Part shown: one piece after another, positions 41,157 through 49,090 of the stretch | Layout of the letters: each line of letters starts with the position of its first letter | Position numbering within the stretch: the first letter of the stretch is position 1 | DNA from: Anaerolineales bacterium | Lineage (GTDB): Bacteria; Chloroflexota; Anaerolineae; Anaerolineales; RBG-16-64-43 | NCBI GenBank assembly: GCA_016932475.1 | Contig: JAFGCU010000026.1 | Span: 92,111-156,110, forward strand | Length of the DNA stretch: 64,000 nt | Direction of reading: 5' to 3' | Program-made: the position numbers and the translations under genes | Notes under the pieces: model-generated | Databases searched by the model: none | The model's input: only the letters and a program-made list of their open reading frames with translations | What the model was told of the DNA's origin: nothing

Positions 41157-41461
41157 CGGACGACCGCTCCCCCGCGACCCTTCAGGAAACCTGCCCGGAA
41201 TGCCAGGTGGGCGCGCTTAAACCCGGGCTGATCCCCTACTATGCAAAATTGGAGGGGACTCTGGTGCACGTCCCGAACTTCCCGGCCTGGATCTGCGACG
41301 TCTGCCGCCACTGCGAGTACGACGAAGACGCGCTGGAAGCGCTGCGGCTTATCCTCGGTCCGGCGGCGCACATCCCCTCGTTTTCCAACCCCCGCGTACG
41401 GATCCCGACGGAGAACCGTTCGCCCTGGTCGCGGACCGACTCCCGCAAGGGATCGAAGTAG
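41153..41461 (+). CDS. YgiT-type zinc-finger protein (102 aa)
   Basis: ATGA overlap with lepB. The CPEC...x27...CDVCRHC arrangement matches the MqsA N-terminal-type zinc ribbon. No HTH domain follows. Confidence 0.55.
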   Translation: MTDDRSPATLQETCPECQVGALKPGLIPYYAKLEGTLVHVPNFPAWICDVCRHCEYDEDALEALRLILGPAAHIPSFSNPRVRIPTENRSPWSRTDSRKGSK

Positions 41462-41520
41462 CTCTCTTCCTTTCCCATTCCAAAACCATCAACTGAATAA
41501 GCAGAGGCGAATAAACCCGA

Positions 41521-41575
41521 CCCCTCCCGGCCTTCGGCCACCCTCCCCATTATGGGGAGGGAAAGGGAAGGGTTG
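41521..41575. repeat. GC-rich intergenic hairpin repeat (CCGGCCTTCGGCCACC family)
   Basis: A 16-mer CCGGCCTTCGGCCACC (41527-41542) recurs at 55350-55365. Next to it is a 9-bp hairpin CCCTCCCCA-tta-TGGGGAGGG. Confidence 0.6.
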
Positions 41576-41613
41576 GCGCATAGTAAAATGAAGCCCGGTC
41601 CGGGAGCGCATGC

Positions 41614-43092
41614 ATGGCCATTAAAATCCCCAAATGGATTTTCCTGCTGGCGTTGATCATCCGGGCGGCGCCGGTGCTTGCGGCGTTCAACCTTGGGATC
41701 GGGCTGGACGACATGCACCAGTACGACATGCTCGGACGCAGCCTGGTCTCCGGCAACGGCTACCGCTGGTATTCCGAGCCCGATCTGGATCTGATCCGCC
41801 CGTATATCACGGTGGATCTGACGAACGTGGAGTACGATCCGCGCGGGATCGAGGCCGCCTTCCGCGCGCCGATGTACCCGATCTTCCTGTCGGCGATTTA
41901 TTTTTTCGGCAGACTGGCGCACCGGTTTTTCTTCGCCCGCCTGGCGCAGGCCGCGCTGAATGCGATGCTGGCGCCGATGGCTTACGTGCTGGCGCGAAGG
42001 ATCGACCCCGGGCGGGAACGCACCGCCCGGATCGCGGCACTGATCGTCGCGCTGTATCCGATCCTGGCCCTCTATCCGCTGGCGCTGGCGACCGAGAACT
42101 TGTTCTTCGTCCTGGCTTTGGGAACGGTCCTGCTGATCCTGCGCGGGGCACAGGGCAACCGGACGACCGTCGATGGTCAACCCGCTCCCGGATTGGGCGA
42201 GTGGGAAAAGCCCGGCGTGCGCTGGTTCATCCTGGCCGGCGCCGTGCTCGGCCTGGGGATCCTCACCCGTTCGGTGCTGGCGTTCTTCCTGCCCTTCGCG
42301 ATGTTCTGGATCTGGAAATTCGCCAGGAGCCTGCGCGGGGCGGCGCTCTTCGCGGCCGCGGCGGCGGCGGTGGTTTTCCCCTGGGCGCTGCGCAACTCGA
42401 TCCTCGCGGGGCGGCCGGCGTTCGTCGAAATCTCGCTCGGCTACAACCTGTACATGGGCTATCACCCGCAAAGCAGCGGCACGTTTCAGTTCGGGATTTC
42501 GACGGACCTGCTTTCCATCTTCAACGACATGGATCGCGACACGATCGGGACCCAAAAAGCCGCCGCATTCATCCGCGACGATCCGGGAAGAATCCCGGAG
42601 CTCATCGTCCGCAAGGCCGGGTACTTCTTCGGCCTGGAACGGCGCGCGATACAATATTTTTATTCCAGCAATTTCTTCGGATACCTGTCACCGCCGGTTC
42701 TTCTGGCGCTGGCGATGGTGATCCTGATGCCCTTTGTTTTTCTTGTCCCGTCGGCCGCTTTTGGCGCCGCGGCGGCCCCGCGCACGGACGCAAAAATACT
42801 CGCGGCGCTGTTTCTGGCCGCGTACATCACGCCGCATCTCCTGATCCTCGCCGAGGAACGGTTTCACATGACCCTGATCCCGTTCTTGGCCGTGTTCGCG
42901 GCCGCGGCGATCGTGCGCCGGCGGGAAATATTCGAATCGCTGCGTGCGCCCAACGGCTGGCGGCGGTGGGCGCTGCCGGCGGCGGTCACGATCCTGCTGC
43001 TTTTCAACTGGGGATACGAGTTGTGGGCGGACCGGGCGCATCTCTCTGTTTTGCTGGCTCCGGGTGGAAACGAATCGTATTTTCCGTATTGA
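41614..43092 (+). CDS. glycosyltransferase family 39 / ArnT-PMT-like membrane glycosyltransferase
   Basis: The N-terminus is typical of GT39 (LLALIIRAAPVLAAFNLGIGLDDMHQYDMLGRSLVSGNGY). The protein is polytopic throughout. Confidence 0.7.
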   Translation: MAIKIPKWIFLLALIIRAAPVLAAFNLGIGLDDMHQYDMLGRSLVSGNGYRWYSEPDLDLIRPYITVDLTNVEYDPRGIEAAFRAPMYPIFLSAIYFFGRLAHRFFFARLAQAALNAMLAPMAYVLARRIDPGRERTARIAALIVALYPILALYPLALATENLFFVLALGTVLLILRGAQGNRTTVDGQPAPGLGEWEKPGVRWFILAGAVLGLGILTRSVLAFFLPFAMFWIWKFARSLRGAALFAAAAAAVVFPWALRNSILAGRPAFVEISLGYNLYMGYHPQSSGTFQFGISTDLLSIFNDMDRDTIGTQKAAAFIRDDPGRIPELIVRKAGYFFGLERRAIQYFYSSNFFGYLSPPVLLALAMVILMPFVFLVPSAAFGAAAAPRTDAKILAALFLAAYITPHLLILAEERFHMTLIPFLAVFAAAAIVRRREIFESLRAPNGWRRWALPAAVTILLLFNWGYELWADRAHLSVLLAPGGNESYFPY

Positions 43093-43095
43093 AAC

Positions 43096-43200
43096 CCTTT
43101 CACCGCAAAGCCGCGAAGATCGCAAAGAACTATTTTAAGAAAAGAAATCTTTGCGAATCCTTTCCGCGCTTTTCGGCTTCGCGGTAAAAAGGTTTTCCAA
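43096..43200. repeat. imperfect palindromic repeat (caccgcaaagccgcgaag...cttcgcggtaaaa type)
   Basis: Read directly. It is related in style to the hairpins at 46221 and 57135. It overlaps the 5' end of listed ORF 43151. Confidence 0.45.
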
Positions 43201-43222
43201 AATATTTGGCAAGAGGAATCTT

Positions 43223-43849
43223 GTGATCCGAAAATGGCTGCGCCTGGACGAGCTGGCCTTCGACCGCGAGATCGTCGCGATCACCATCGCGAGCACCCTG
43301 CTCCTGATGGTGGATTATTACTTTCCGCTGACGCCGGTGAACGTCGCCGACGGCCTGGGATTGTATCTGCTGATACCGCTGGCGATGATCGTGTTTGCAT
43401 TCCGCCGGCCGGTCCGGGAGTACGGGTTCACCCTGGGCGATTGGAAGGCCGGGCTGGCCATCACCGGGGCGGCGATTTTGATCATGGCGCCCCTGCTGTG
43501 GCTGATCGGACGCGGCGACCCGGCCATGCAGAGGTATTATGCCTGGCAGGCGACGAAGATTCTGCCGCTGCTGACCGCGCTCGACCTGCTCGGATGGGAG
43601 TTTTTCTTCCGCGGCTTCATCCTGTTCGGGTATGAGAAAAAATTCGGCGTGCACGCGCTGTGGCTGCAGGCGGTCCCGTTTGCGCTGGCGCACATCACCA
43701 AGCCCGCGGTCGAAACGCTTTCCACCATCTTCGGCGGATTCGCCTTCGGCTGGGTGGCCTGGCGGACCCGCTCGTTCCTCTACCCGTTTCTCATTCACTG
43801 GTTCGTCGCCACCTTCACGATCATCGTCGCGGCGGGATTGTTGGGGTGA
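43223..43849 (+). CDS. CPBP family intramembrane glutamic endopeptidase (CAAX protease-like)
   Basis: Motifs: WEFFFRGF (EExxxR), FALAHI (FxxxH), LIHWF. GTG 43223 with an AGAGG RBS is preferred, because listed start 43151 lies inside the repeat. Confidence 0.75.
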   Translation: MIRKWLRLDELAFDREIVAITIASTLLLMVDYYFPLTPVNVADGLGLYLLIPLAMIVFAFRRPVREYGFTLGDWKAGLAITGAAILIMAPLLWLIGRGDPAMQRYYAWQATKILPLLTALDLLGWEFFFRGFILFGYEKKFGVHALWLQAVPFALAHITKPAVETLSTIFGGFAFGWVAWRTRSFLYPFLIHWFVATFTIIVAAGLLG

Positions 43850-43870
43850 GGGCAAAGCGTCGTTAACCGG

Positions 43871-43970
43871 TCGTCATGCCCGTGTGTACTTGGCGGGTAA
43901 CCAGTCCTGGAAACCCCGGATTCCCGCTAAGGACGCCCTTGCTGCGCGAGGACAGGCGCGGGAATGACGA
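43871..43970. repeat. TCGTCATGCCCG...GCGCGGGAATGACGA MITE-like element
   Basis: It has terminal inverted repeats. The internal block aaaccccggattccc is the reverse complement of ggaatccagggttt found in the 29759 and 55173 copies. Confidence 0.6.
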
Positions 43971-43977
43971 GTAAACC

Positions 43978-44002
43978 AGGGGCGGACCACAGGCCCGCCC
44001 CT
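43978..44002. repeat. hairpin AGGGGCGGACC-aca-GGCCCGCCCCT
   Basis: The stem has one mismatch. The GCCCCTAC end is shared with the 33099 palindrome. Confidence 0.5.
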
Positions 44003-44036
44003 ACAAGATCAATCACGGACTACAGGCATCCCGTAA

Positions 44037-45248
44037 ATGGAAATCCTGATTGAAAAAATCGTACATGGCGGGGATGCGATGGGCCGCGCGCCCGACGGCC
44101 GGCCGGTGTTCGTCCCGTTCGCCGCGCCCGGAGAACGGGTCCGGGTGGAGCCGGTGGAATCCCGCAAGGGCTTCTTCCGCGCGCGGCTGCTCGAGGTGAT
44201 CCAACCTTCACCGGAGAGGATCACGCCGCGCTGCCGGCATTTCGGCGAGTGCGGCGGGTGCCAGTTTCAGCATCTGACATACCCTTCCCAGGTGCGGGTG
44301 AAGGCCGAGATCCTGCGCGAGCAGCTCCTGCGCCTGGGGGGCATCCCCGAAGCGCCCATCCGGCCGACGATCGTTTCCGCGGGTGAATGGAATTACCGCA
44401 ATCACATCCAGGGCGCGCCGGCGGGGAACCGTCTGGGATTCTTCCGCGTCGGTTCGCAGGAGGTCATCCCGATCGGCGAGTGCCATTTGCCGGAGCAAAG
44501 GTTGTGGGAATTATGGAGCGCGCTGGATTGGGAACCCTTCCCGGGGCTGCGGCAGATCGGTTTCCGCGGGGGCGACGGCGACGAAATGATCGTTTTCGAG
44601 GGCGAACCCGGGCAGATTCCGGAAGTGAGCGTCGAGACCGACGTCTCGGCCGCCTGGATGGATACAGAGGGCGGGGTATTCTACCTGGCGGGCGGACCGC
44701 TGCGCTATGAAATCCTCGGACGCGCGTTTACAGTCTCGGCGGGCAGCTTCTTCCAGATAAACACGGCGCAGATACCGGCGATGGTGCAGGCGGTGATGGA
44801 ACTCGCCGATCCGGGACGGGATGAAACGGTGCTGGATATTTACTGCGGGACGGGCCTCTTCAGCATGTTCCTGGCCGAGCGCGCGGCGCGGGTGATCGGG
44901 ATAGAAGAATCCCCCTCCGCGGCGGCGGATTTCGAAGTCAATCTCGATTCATTCGATACGGTTGAGCTCTTTGAAGCCTCCGCCGAAGAGGCGCTCGAGG
45001 CGATTACGGCCAGGGCGGATGTCGCGGTGATCGATCCACCGCGCAGCGGATTGAGCGCGGAGGCGATGCGGGCTCTCCTCTCGGCGGCGCCGGGACGGAT
45101 CGTGATGGTCTCGTGCGAGCTGTCGACGCTCGCGCGCGACGCGCGCATCCTCGCACGCGCCGGATACCGGATGGCGGATATGGTGCCGATCGACATGTTC
45201 CCGCAGACGAGCCATCTGGAGACGGTCAGCCGCTGGATGAAGGAGTGA
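44037..45248 (+). CDS. 23S rRNA (uracil-5)-methyltransferase, RumA/TrmA family
   Basis: TRAM-like N-terminus, 4Fe-4S cysteines (CRHFGECGGCQFQH), SAM motif VLDIYCGTGLF, DPPRSGL, and the catalytic Cys in VSCELSTLARD. Confidence 0.85.
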   Translation: MEILIEKIVHGGDAMGRAPDGRPVFVPFAAPGERVRVEPVESRKGFFRARLLEVIQPSPERITPRCRHFGECGGCQFQHLTYPSQVRVKAEILREQLLRLGGIPEAPIRPTIVSAGEWNYRNHIQGAPAGNRLGFFRVGSQEVIPIGECHLPEQRLWELWSALDWEPFPGLRQIGFRGGDGDEMIVFEGEPGQIPEVSVETDVSAAWMDTEGGVFYLAGGPLRYEILGRAFTVSAGSFFQINTAQIPAMVQAVMELADPGRDETVLDIYCGTGLFSMFLAERAARVIGIEESPSAAADFEVNLDSFDTVELFEASAEEALEAITARADVAVIDPPRSGLSAEAMRALLSAAPGRIVMVSCELSTLARDARILARAGYRMADMVPIDMFPQTSHLETVSRWMKE

Positions 45249-45376
45249 TGTCTTCCTGAGGACGCGATCTTTGCATCCGAAGGATCTGTTTTTTCCCTTT
45301 CCGCAAGACCCTTCGGCCTCGCGTTCCTCGGCCTCAGGGTGACATTCACTTGCATCCGTCATTCGAAGGAGTAATC

Positions 45377-46213
45377 ATGTTGAGACAACCAAACTCGGAA
45401 ACACAATTTGCGATCCTGGCGGCGAAGGCCGCAGGAAGAATTCTGATGGAAGGCTTCGGGACGGGCGTGCGGATCGAACAAAAAGCCCGCGAGATCGACC
45501 TGGTGACGGAATTCGACCGCCGCTCGGAGGCGCTCATCCTAGGAAGGATCCGCAAGGCCTACCCGGGCCACCGGATCCTCTCCGAGGAAAGCGGACGATC
45601 CCCCGCCGCCCCCGCCTTACGTGGGGAGGCGCGAGGGGAGGGGGGCTCGGGAGAGGAACCGATCTGGATGGTCGATCCGCTCGACGGGACGACCAATTTC
45701 GCGCACAACCTGCCCCTATTCAGTGTGTCGATCGCGCTGTGCCGCGCCGGAAGGGCGGTCGTGGGCGTGGTCTACGATCCGACCCGCCGGGAGTGCTTCT
45801 GGGCGGAACGCGGGAAGGGCGCGTATTGCGGGGAGAGCCGCCTGCGCGTTTCCGGAAACACCGAACTCGGGGGCAGCCTGCTGGTGACGGGGTTCCCATA
45901 CGACGCCTGGACGAATCCGGACAACAACCTGGAGCTCTTCGGACGGTTTTCAAAGCGCTGCCGCGGGGTGCGGCGGCTGGGATCGGCGGCGCTGGACCTT
46001 TCCTACATCGCGGCCGGACGGATGGACGGGTATTGGGAGATGCGGCTTTCGCCGTGGGACGTGGCGGCCGGGGGATTGATCGCTGAGGAGGCCGGCGCGC
46101 GCGTGACGGCGATGGACGGGGAAAGCGATTACCTGAGCGAGACCCCCTCGCTCATCGCGGCCAACCCCGCGCTGCATGCGAAGATGGCAGAAGTAATTCT
46201 AAGAAGGCCATAA
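45377..46213 (+). CDS. inositol monophosphatase family protein (SuhB-like)
   Basis: Motifs: ILSEESG, WMVDPLDGTTNF, WDVAAG. An AAGGAG RBS precedes ATG 45377. Confidence 0.85.
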   Translation: MLRQPNSETQFAILAAKAAGRILMEGFGTGVRIEQKAREIDLVTEFDRRSEALILGRIRKAYPGHRILSEESGRSPAAPALRGEARGEGGSGEEPIWMVDPLDGTTNFAHNLPLFSVSIALCRAGRAVVGVVYDPTRRECFWAERGKGAYCGESRLRVSGNTELGGSLLVTGFPYDAWTNPDNNLELFGRFSKRCRGVRRLGSAALDLSYIAAGRMDGYWEMRLSPWDVAAGGLIAEEAGARVTAMDGESDYLSETPSLIAANPALHAKMAEVILRRP

Positions 46214-46220
46214 ACCATTA

Positions 46221-46287
46221 ACCGCAGAGACGCAGAGGACGCAGAGTGTTTTTTATTTGTCCTCTGCGTCCTCTGCGTCTCTGCGGT
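46221..46287. terminator. 26-bp perfect hairpin between convergent genes (probable bidirectional terminator, repeat-family member)
   Basis: ACCGCAGAGACGCAGAGGACGCAGAG (46221-46246) is the exact reverse complement of 46262-46287. The loop is T-rich. Confidence 0.6.
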
Positions 46288-46298
46288 GAGATCTTGCT

Positions 46299-46799
46299 CT
46301 ACTCCTTCGCAGGCAGGCGCACGATGAAATCCGCGCGCAATTCCCCGCCGTCTCCGCCGGTAAACAGGCCGTAGACGGCGACCACATCCCCTTTCTGCAA
46401 ATCCAACAAAGTGATCGCGCGGCCGTCCTGCTCGAGGAACCGCGTTTCCGGAGTGAGGACGATCCGGTGCGGGCCGGTGGACGAGGCCACCTGCAGGCTC
46501 TGCGGCTGGATGTGGAGGATGCGCCCGGTCAGGTTCGGACGCCCGGGCGGCAGGCTCACCGGCGGCTGCGGAGTTTGCCGCGCTCCCGGAAGCACCGGAC
46601 CGCCGGGAGAATCGCCGCCCTGGGCCGGACGGCCGTTCGCATTATCCTTTCCGACCGGGCCGGAATAACTCAGCCCGTCGCGGGTCCAGCCGTGTTCGCC
46701 GACGTAGACCCCGAGCGAAAAGGAGGAGGCGAGCAGCATTAAGAGGAGCAGCGCGCCCCCGACGGAAAGGGAAATTATTTTCCAGCGATTTGCAGCCAT
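46299..46799 (-). CDS. signal-anchored hypothetical protein (166 aa, DUF5666-like C-terminus)
   Basis: Start taken at ATG 46799 (MAANRWKIISLSVGGALLLLMLLA). This overlaps the 3' end of the upstream gene by 25 nt. Confidence 0.5.
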   Translation of the reverse strand: MAANRWKIISLSVGGALLLLMLLASSFSLGVYVGEHGWTRDGLSYSGPVGKDNANGRPAQGGDSPGGPVLPGARQTPQPPVSLPPGRPNLTGRILHIQPQSLQVASSTGPHRIVLTPETRFLEQDGRAITLLDLQKGDVVAVYGLFTGGDGGELRADFIVRLPAKE

Positions 46800-48859
46800 C
46801 GTTCCATAGTCCCTGTTTCGTTGATAACGTCCACGGTTGCCAGGTTTATTGCGGTTCCGGGTGTTGATCCGATGCCCGCCGGACGGAGGGTGAACGCGTA
46901 AGCGCCGGGAGCGGTCCCGGAGGGGATGACCAGCGCAAAGGAATCCGAGATGACGCTTCCCGGCGGAAGCGGAACGGTCAGCGAGTAGCGCCCAAGGAGG
47001 CCGAGCCCGATTTCGTGTTGTTCGAGCGTCAGGTCCCCGAGCCGGGTTTCCACGCGGAAGGATGTAATGGCAATCATCCGCCAATAGAATTTAACGTACA
47101 GGATATCCCCGCTTTCGATCCGCCGGGTGGAAAGGTCGAATCCCAACAGCTGCGCCGGACCGACTGTTTCTTCGACGATGAATTGCGGATCCGGAAAGGC
47201 TTCAAGCAGCGGCGGGGGATCGGCCGTTAGATGATAGAGCACGAGCGTCTCGCGGCGGCCGAAGCTCTCCTCCGGCTGCTGGCCGAACAAAACCGGGATC
47301 GACCAGTAGTTCCCTTTTAGCAGATCGGCCGGCAGCGCGCCGGGGCCCTGGTTGCCGGTCATGGCGCGGGTTGTGGTGAAGAGGTCGCGCCCGGCGAAAT
47401 CCTGCGCGGAAGGGTTGGGGCCGGGCAGCAGCGGCAGAAGCACGTCCGCGCGCGTGTTATAGACGAGCTGCCAATAAAACGCGTCGTACCCGAACACTCC
47501 CGATTGGGTCACCAGGGCGGAGTTTTCGGGCAGCACGCTCCACACGCCGGCGTAGAAATCGTTGACAGCCGTATCCTTCGAGAAATCGTTCGCTGCCCAG
47601 TTGTTCCGCAGCGGCACCGCCGCGAATAAAATCATCATGCATCCGGCCAAGGCCGTTATCGGTTTGGTTTTGTTGGGGCGACCGGCGGCCGCCCGCATTA
47701 TTGCCAATAACCATTGCGCCGCGCGGATTATTTCAAATAATCCAAACCCGATAAACACCGCCCACAACAGGTGCGCGGGTATGAAAAACACATCCAAGTC
47801 GAACGCGCTGTACTGGATGAAAAACCAGATCTCGACCAGGTACATTCCGACCAGCAGAAAAAAGTGCCTCGTCCGGCGCGCGAGCAGCGAAAACAATCCG
47901 ACGATCCCCAGCCCGATGCCGATCAGGCCGAATTGCTGATTGAGGAGATCCAGGTAGATCACGAGGCGGTCGGGCAGGGCGGTGAGGGGGAAGGCAAATT
48001 TAAAGCTGGGGAAAGCCCCGAGGGTGTAATTGTAGATTCCGGCGGGCGTGGTCGGCGCGCTGCGCAGCATCGCGCGGTCGATCAGCGTGGCGGCCCGAAA
48101 CGGCAGCCAGAGAAATTGCGCCGCGCCGAGCGAAAAGCCAAGCAGCCCGAGGATCACGACGGAGAGGAGAGACCTGCCAGGGTGCTGAGTATCATTTGGG
48201 GCGGGGGAAGCCGAGGCGGGCCTCGCATTGACATTCGCCATGGTTTCCGGCGCGCCGCCATGCTTGTCTACAGGTTCAAACAGGCAAAGCAGTATGAAGA
48301 GGATGAACGCCGGTGCGAAGCCCAAATCCGAAAGATGCAGACCGAGCGAGAGGCCGAAGGCCAGCGCGAAGAGGAAGAAATCCAGCCGACGGCGTGTGCG
48401 TTCCCAGCGCAGCAGCGCGATCAGCGTAATTGCGATCCCGGCCGCGTTCGGCGCGTACACTTCGGCGATCAGGCTTTGCGCCCAGAATGTTTTGGAAAAC
48501 GCCAGGAGGAGCGCGGGCAGCGCGGCCGCCGCCCGCCGCCACGGCAGAGGGAGGCTTTCCGGGAGGGTGCGGATCAGGATCCAGTAGACACCCGCGGCCG
48601 CGAGCGCCCCCATTACGGCCGACATCAGGTTGATGCGGTAGGCCGCGTCGCCGAGCGGCACCAGGCGGCTGAAAAGGAATCCCAACCAGGTGTAGAGCGG
48701 GTATCCGGGCGAATGCGCCAGGCCGAGGACGTAGGGAACGGTCGCCAGCTCGCTGCCGTCCGGGCTGAGGTAGGAAAGCGACGGGGTAAGGGTCAGCGCA
48801 TAGACGGCCAGCGTGATGATGAAAACGGCGATGGCGAGGAAGCGGTCGAGGCGGGTCAT
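46775..48859 (-). CDS. DUF2723 / TMEM260-like GT-C membrane glycosyltransferase
   Basis: Hallmark N-terminal block PDGSELATVPYVLGLAHSPGYPLYTWLGFLF. The protein is polytopic with a C-terminal soluble domain. Start taken at ATG 48859. Confidence 0.7.
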   Translation of the reverse strand: MTRLDRFLAIAVFIITLAVYALTLTPSLSYLSPDGSELATVPYVLGLAHSPGYPLYTWLGFLFSRLVPLGDAAYRINLMSAVMGALAAAGVYWILIRTLPESLPLPWRRAAAALPALLLAFSKTFWAQSLIAEVYAPNAAGIAITLIALLRWERTRRRLDFFLFALAFGLSLGLHLSDLGFAPAFILFILLCLFEPVDKHGGAPETMANVNARPASASPAPNDTQHPGRSLLSVVILGLLGFSLGAAQFLWLPFRAATLIDRAMLRSAPTTPAGIYNYTLGAFPSFKFAFPLTALPDRLVIYLDLLNQQFGLIGIGLGIVGLFSLLARRTRHFFLLVGMYLVEIWFFIQYSAFDLDVFFIPAHLLWAVFIGFGLFEIIRAAQWLLAIMRAAAGRPNKTKPITALAGCMMILFAAVPLRNNWAANDFSKDTAVNDFYAGVWSVLPENSALVTQSGVFGYDAFYWQLVYNTRADVLLPLLPGPNPSAQDFAGRDLFTTTRAMTGNQGPGALPADLLKGNYWSIPVLFGQQPEESFGRRETLVLYHLTADPPPLLEAFPDPQFIVEETVGPAQLLGFDLSTRRIESGDILYVKFYWRMIAITSFRVETRLGDLTLEQHEIGLGLLGRYSLTVPLPPGSVISDSFALVIPSGTAPGAYAFTLRPAGIGSTPGTAINLATVDVINETGTMERWLQIAGK

Positions 48860-49054
48860 GGGTGCGGATTGCCTATGAATGCGATTGTATGTGCAGACGG
48901 GATGAAAGTCTACGGTGGGCAAGGAATTCCAATGGAATAATCATCGAATCTTCATGAGAAGCAAACAGGCCAAACCGAAAAGCGTTCTTTCCAACGGGTT
49001 ACTCGGATGCGTCCCGGCCCTCTCCCGCGGCGCTTCTCGAGATGGGATACGGCA

Positions 49055-49060
49055 TATAAT
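49055..49060 (+). promoter_or_regulatory. candidate -10 box (TATAAT) for the 734-aa membrane protein gene
   Basis: A perfect hexamer lies 30 nt upstream of ATG 49091. No convincing -35 box is present. Confidence 0.3.
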
Positions 49061-49090
49061 CGGTCCAATTGAGTAACGAAGGAAAATCGA

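Noticed and set aside
43151-43222. Listed ATG start of the CPBP protease gene
   Set aside because: The first 24 codons lie inside an intergenic palindromic repeat. GTG 43223, which has an upstream AGAGG, is more plausible, although this is not proven.
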